DNA of 64,000 nucleotides from an uncultured bacterium (GTDB lineage Bacteria; Bacillota_I; Bacilli_A; RF39; UBA660): NCBI GenBank assembly GCA_947169285.1, contig CAMVPB010000005.1, positions 545 to 64,544 of the forward strand, read 5' to 3'. Shown piece by piece: positions 63,813 to 64,000 of this stretch (position 1 is its first letter; each line of letters starts with the position of its first letter). The notes under the pieces were generated by a model. It saw only the letters and a program-made list of their open reading frames with translations, ran no database searches and was not told where the DNA came from. The position numbers and the translations under genes were made by a program.

Positions 63813-64000
63813 ATGGAAAATAATTTAAAAAATAATTTAAAGAGAGGTTTATTAACAGCGGGGTGTACAACATTAGCATTTGCTTCTATTACACTTCCTA
63901 TTCTTGCAAAAGGAAATAAGGAAATGAAAGAAAGACAAGAAAAAAATGCTAAAGAGTTTATGGAATATTATGAAACTCATAAAGTTGAAAGATACTTTAT
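63813..64000 (+). CDS. Secreted protein, 3'-truncated by window edge (MENNLKNNLKRGLLTAGCTTLAFASITLPILA...)
   Basis: RBS aaagggggagg and a signal-peptide-like N-terminus. Open to the window end. Confidence 0.5.
   Translation, partial: MENNLKNNLKRGLLTAGCTTLAFASITLPILAKGNKEMKERQEKNAKEFMEYYETHKVERYF

Overview
This is a very AT-rich Firmicutes window, Clostridium-like, with almost all genes on the + strand. It divides into an accessory part and a core part.

- **Accessory part (1..~14800).** It opens inside a large serine recombinase gene (<1..1644). It contains tRNA-His (GTG), a LysR regulator, an RlmN/Cfr-family radical SAM enzyme, MazG-like and NUDIX pyrophosphohydrolases, an HD phosphohydrolase, two proteins with nucleoside 2-deoxyribosyltransferase (NDT)-like domains plus one frameshifted NDT-like pseudogene, an S51 peptidase, a lone prepilin-like gene and a tandem-repeat protein. 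Four copies of a ~220-bp structured repeat (one inverted) separate these modules. A degenerate direct repeat of the tRNA-His 3' end at ~12368 gives island-like boundaries 4093..12403.
- **Core part (14800..59800).** It holds a surface repeat protein, a Mug-like glycosylase, an aquaporin, an NHEJ set (Ku plus a split LigD), phosphoketolase, a T-box-led aspS-serS operon, rimM-trmD-rplS-lepB, murI, rbgA, rnhB, ackA, nrnA, rsmE, mtaB, recD2, luxS and others.
- **Type I toxin-antitoxin-like modules.** Three paralogous copies are interspersed in the core. Each has a conserved 26-aa hydrophobic peptide on the minus strand convergent with a short plus-strand terminated RNA. Two copies are tandem after xfp (23795..24700) and one lies at 29995..30300.
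- **Right end.** tRNA-Met (CAT) is followed by a second large serine recombinase homologous to the first, and by a MobV-type relaxase. This looks like an integrative mobilizable element.

No rRNA genes or CRISPR arrays were seen.
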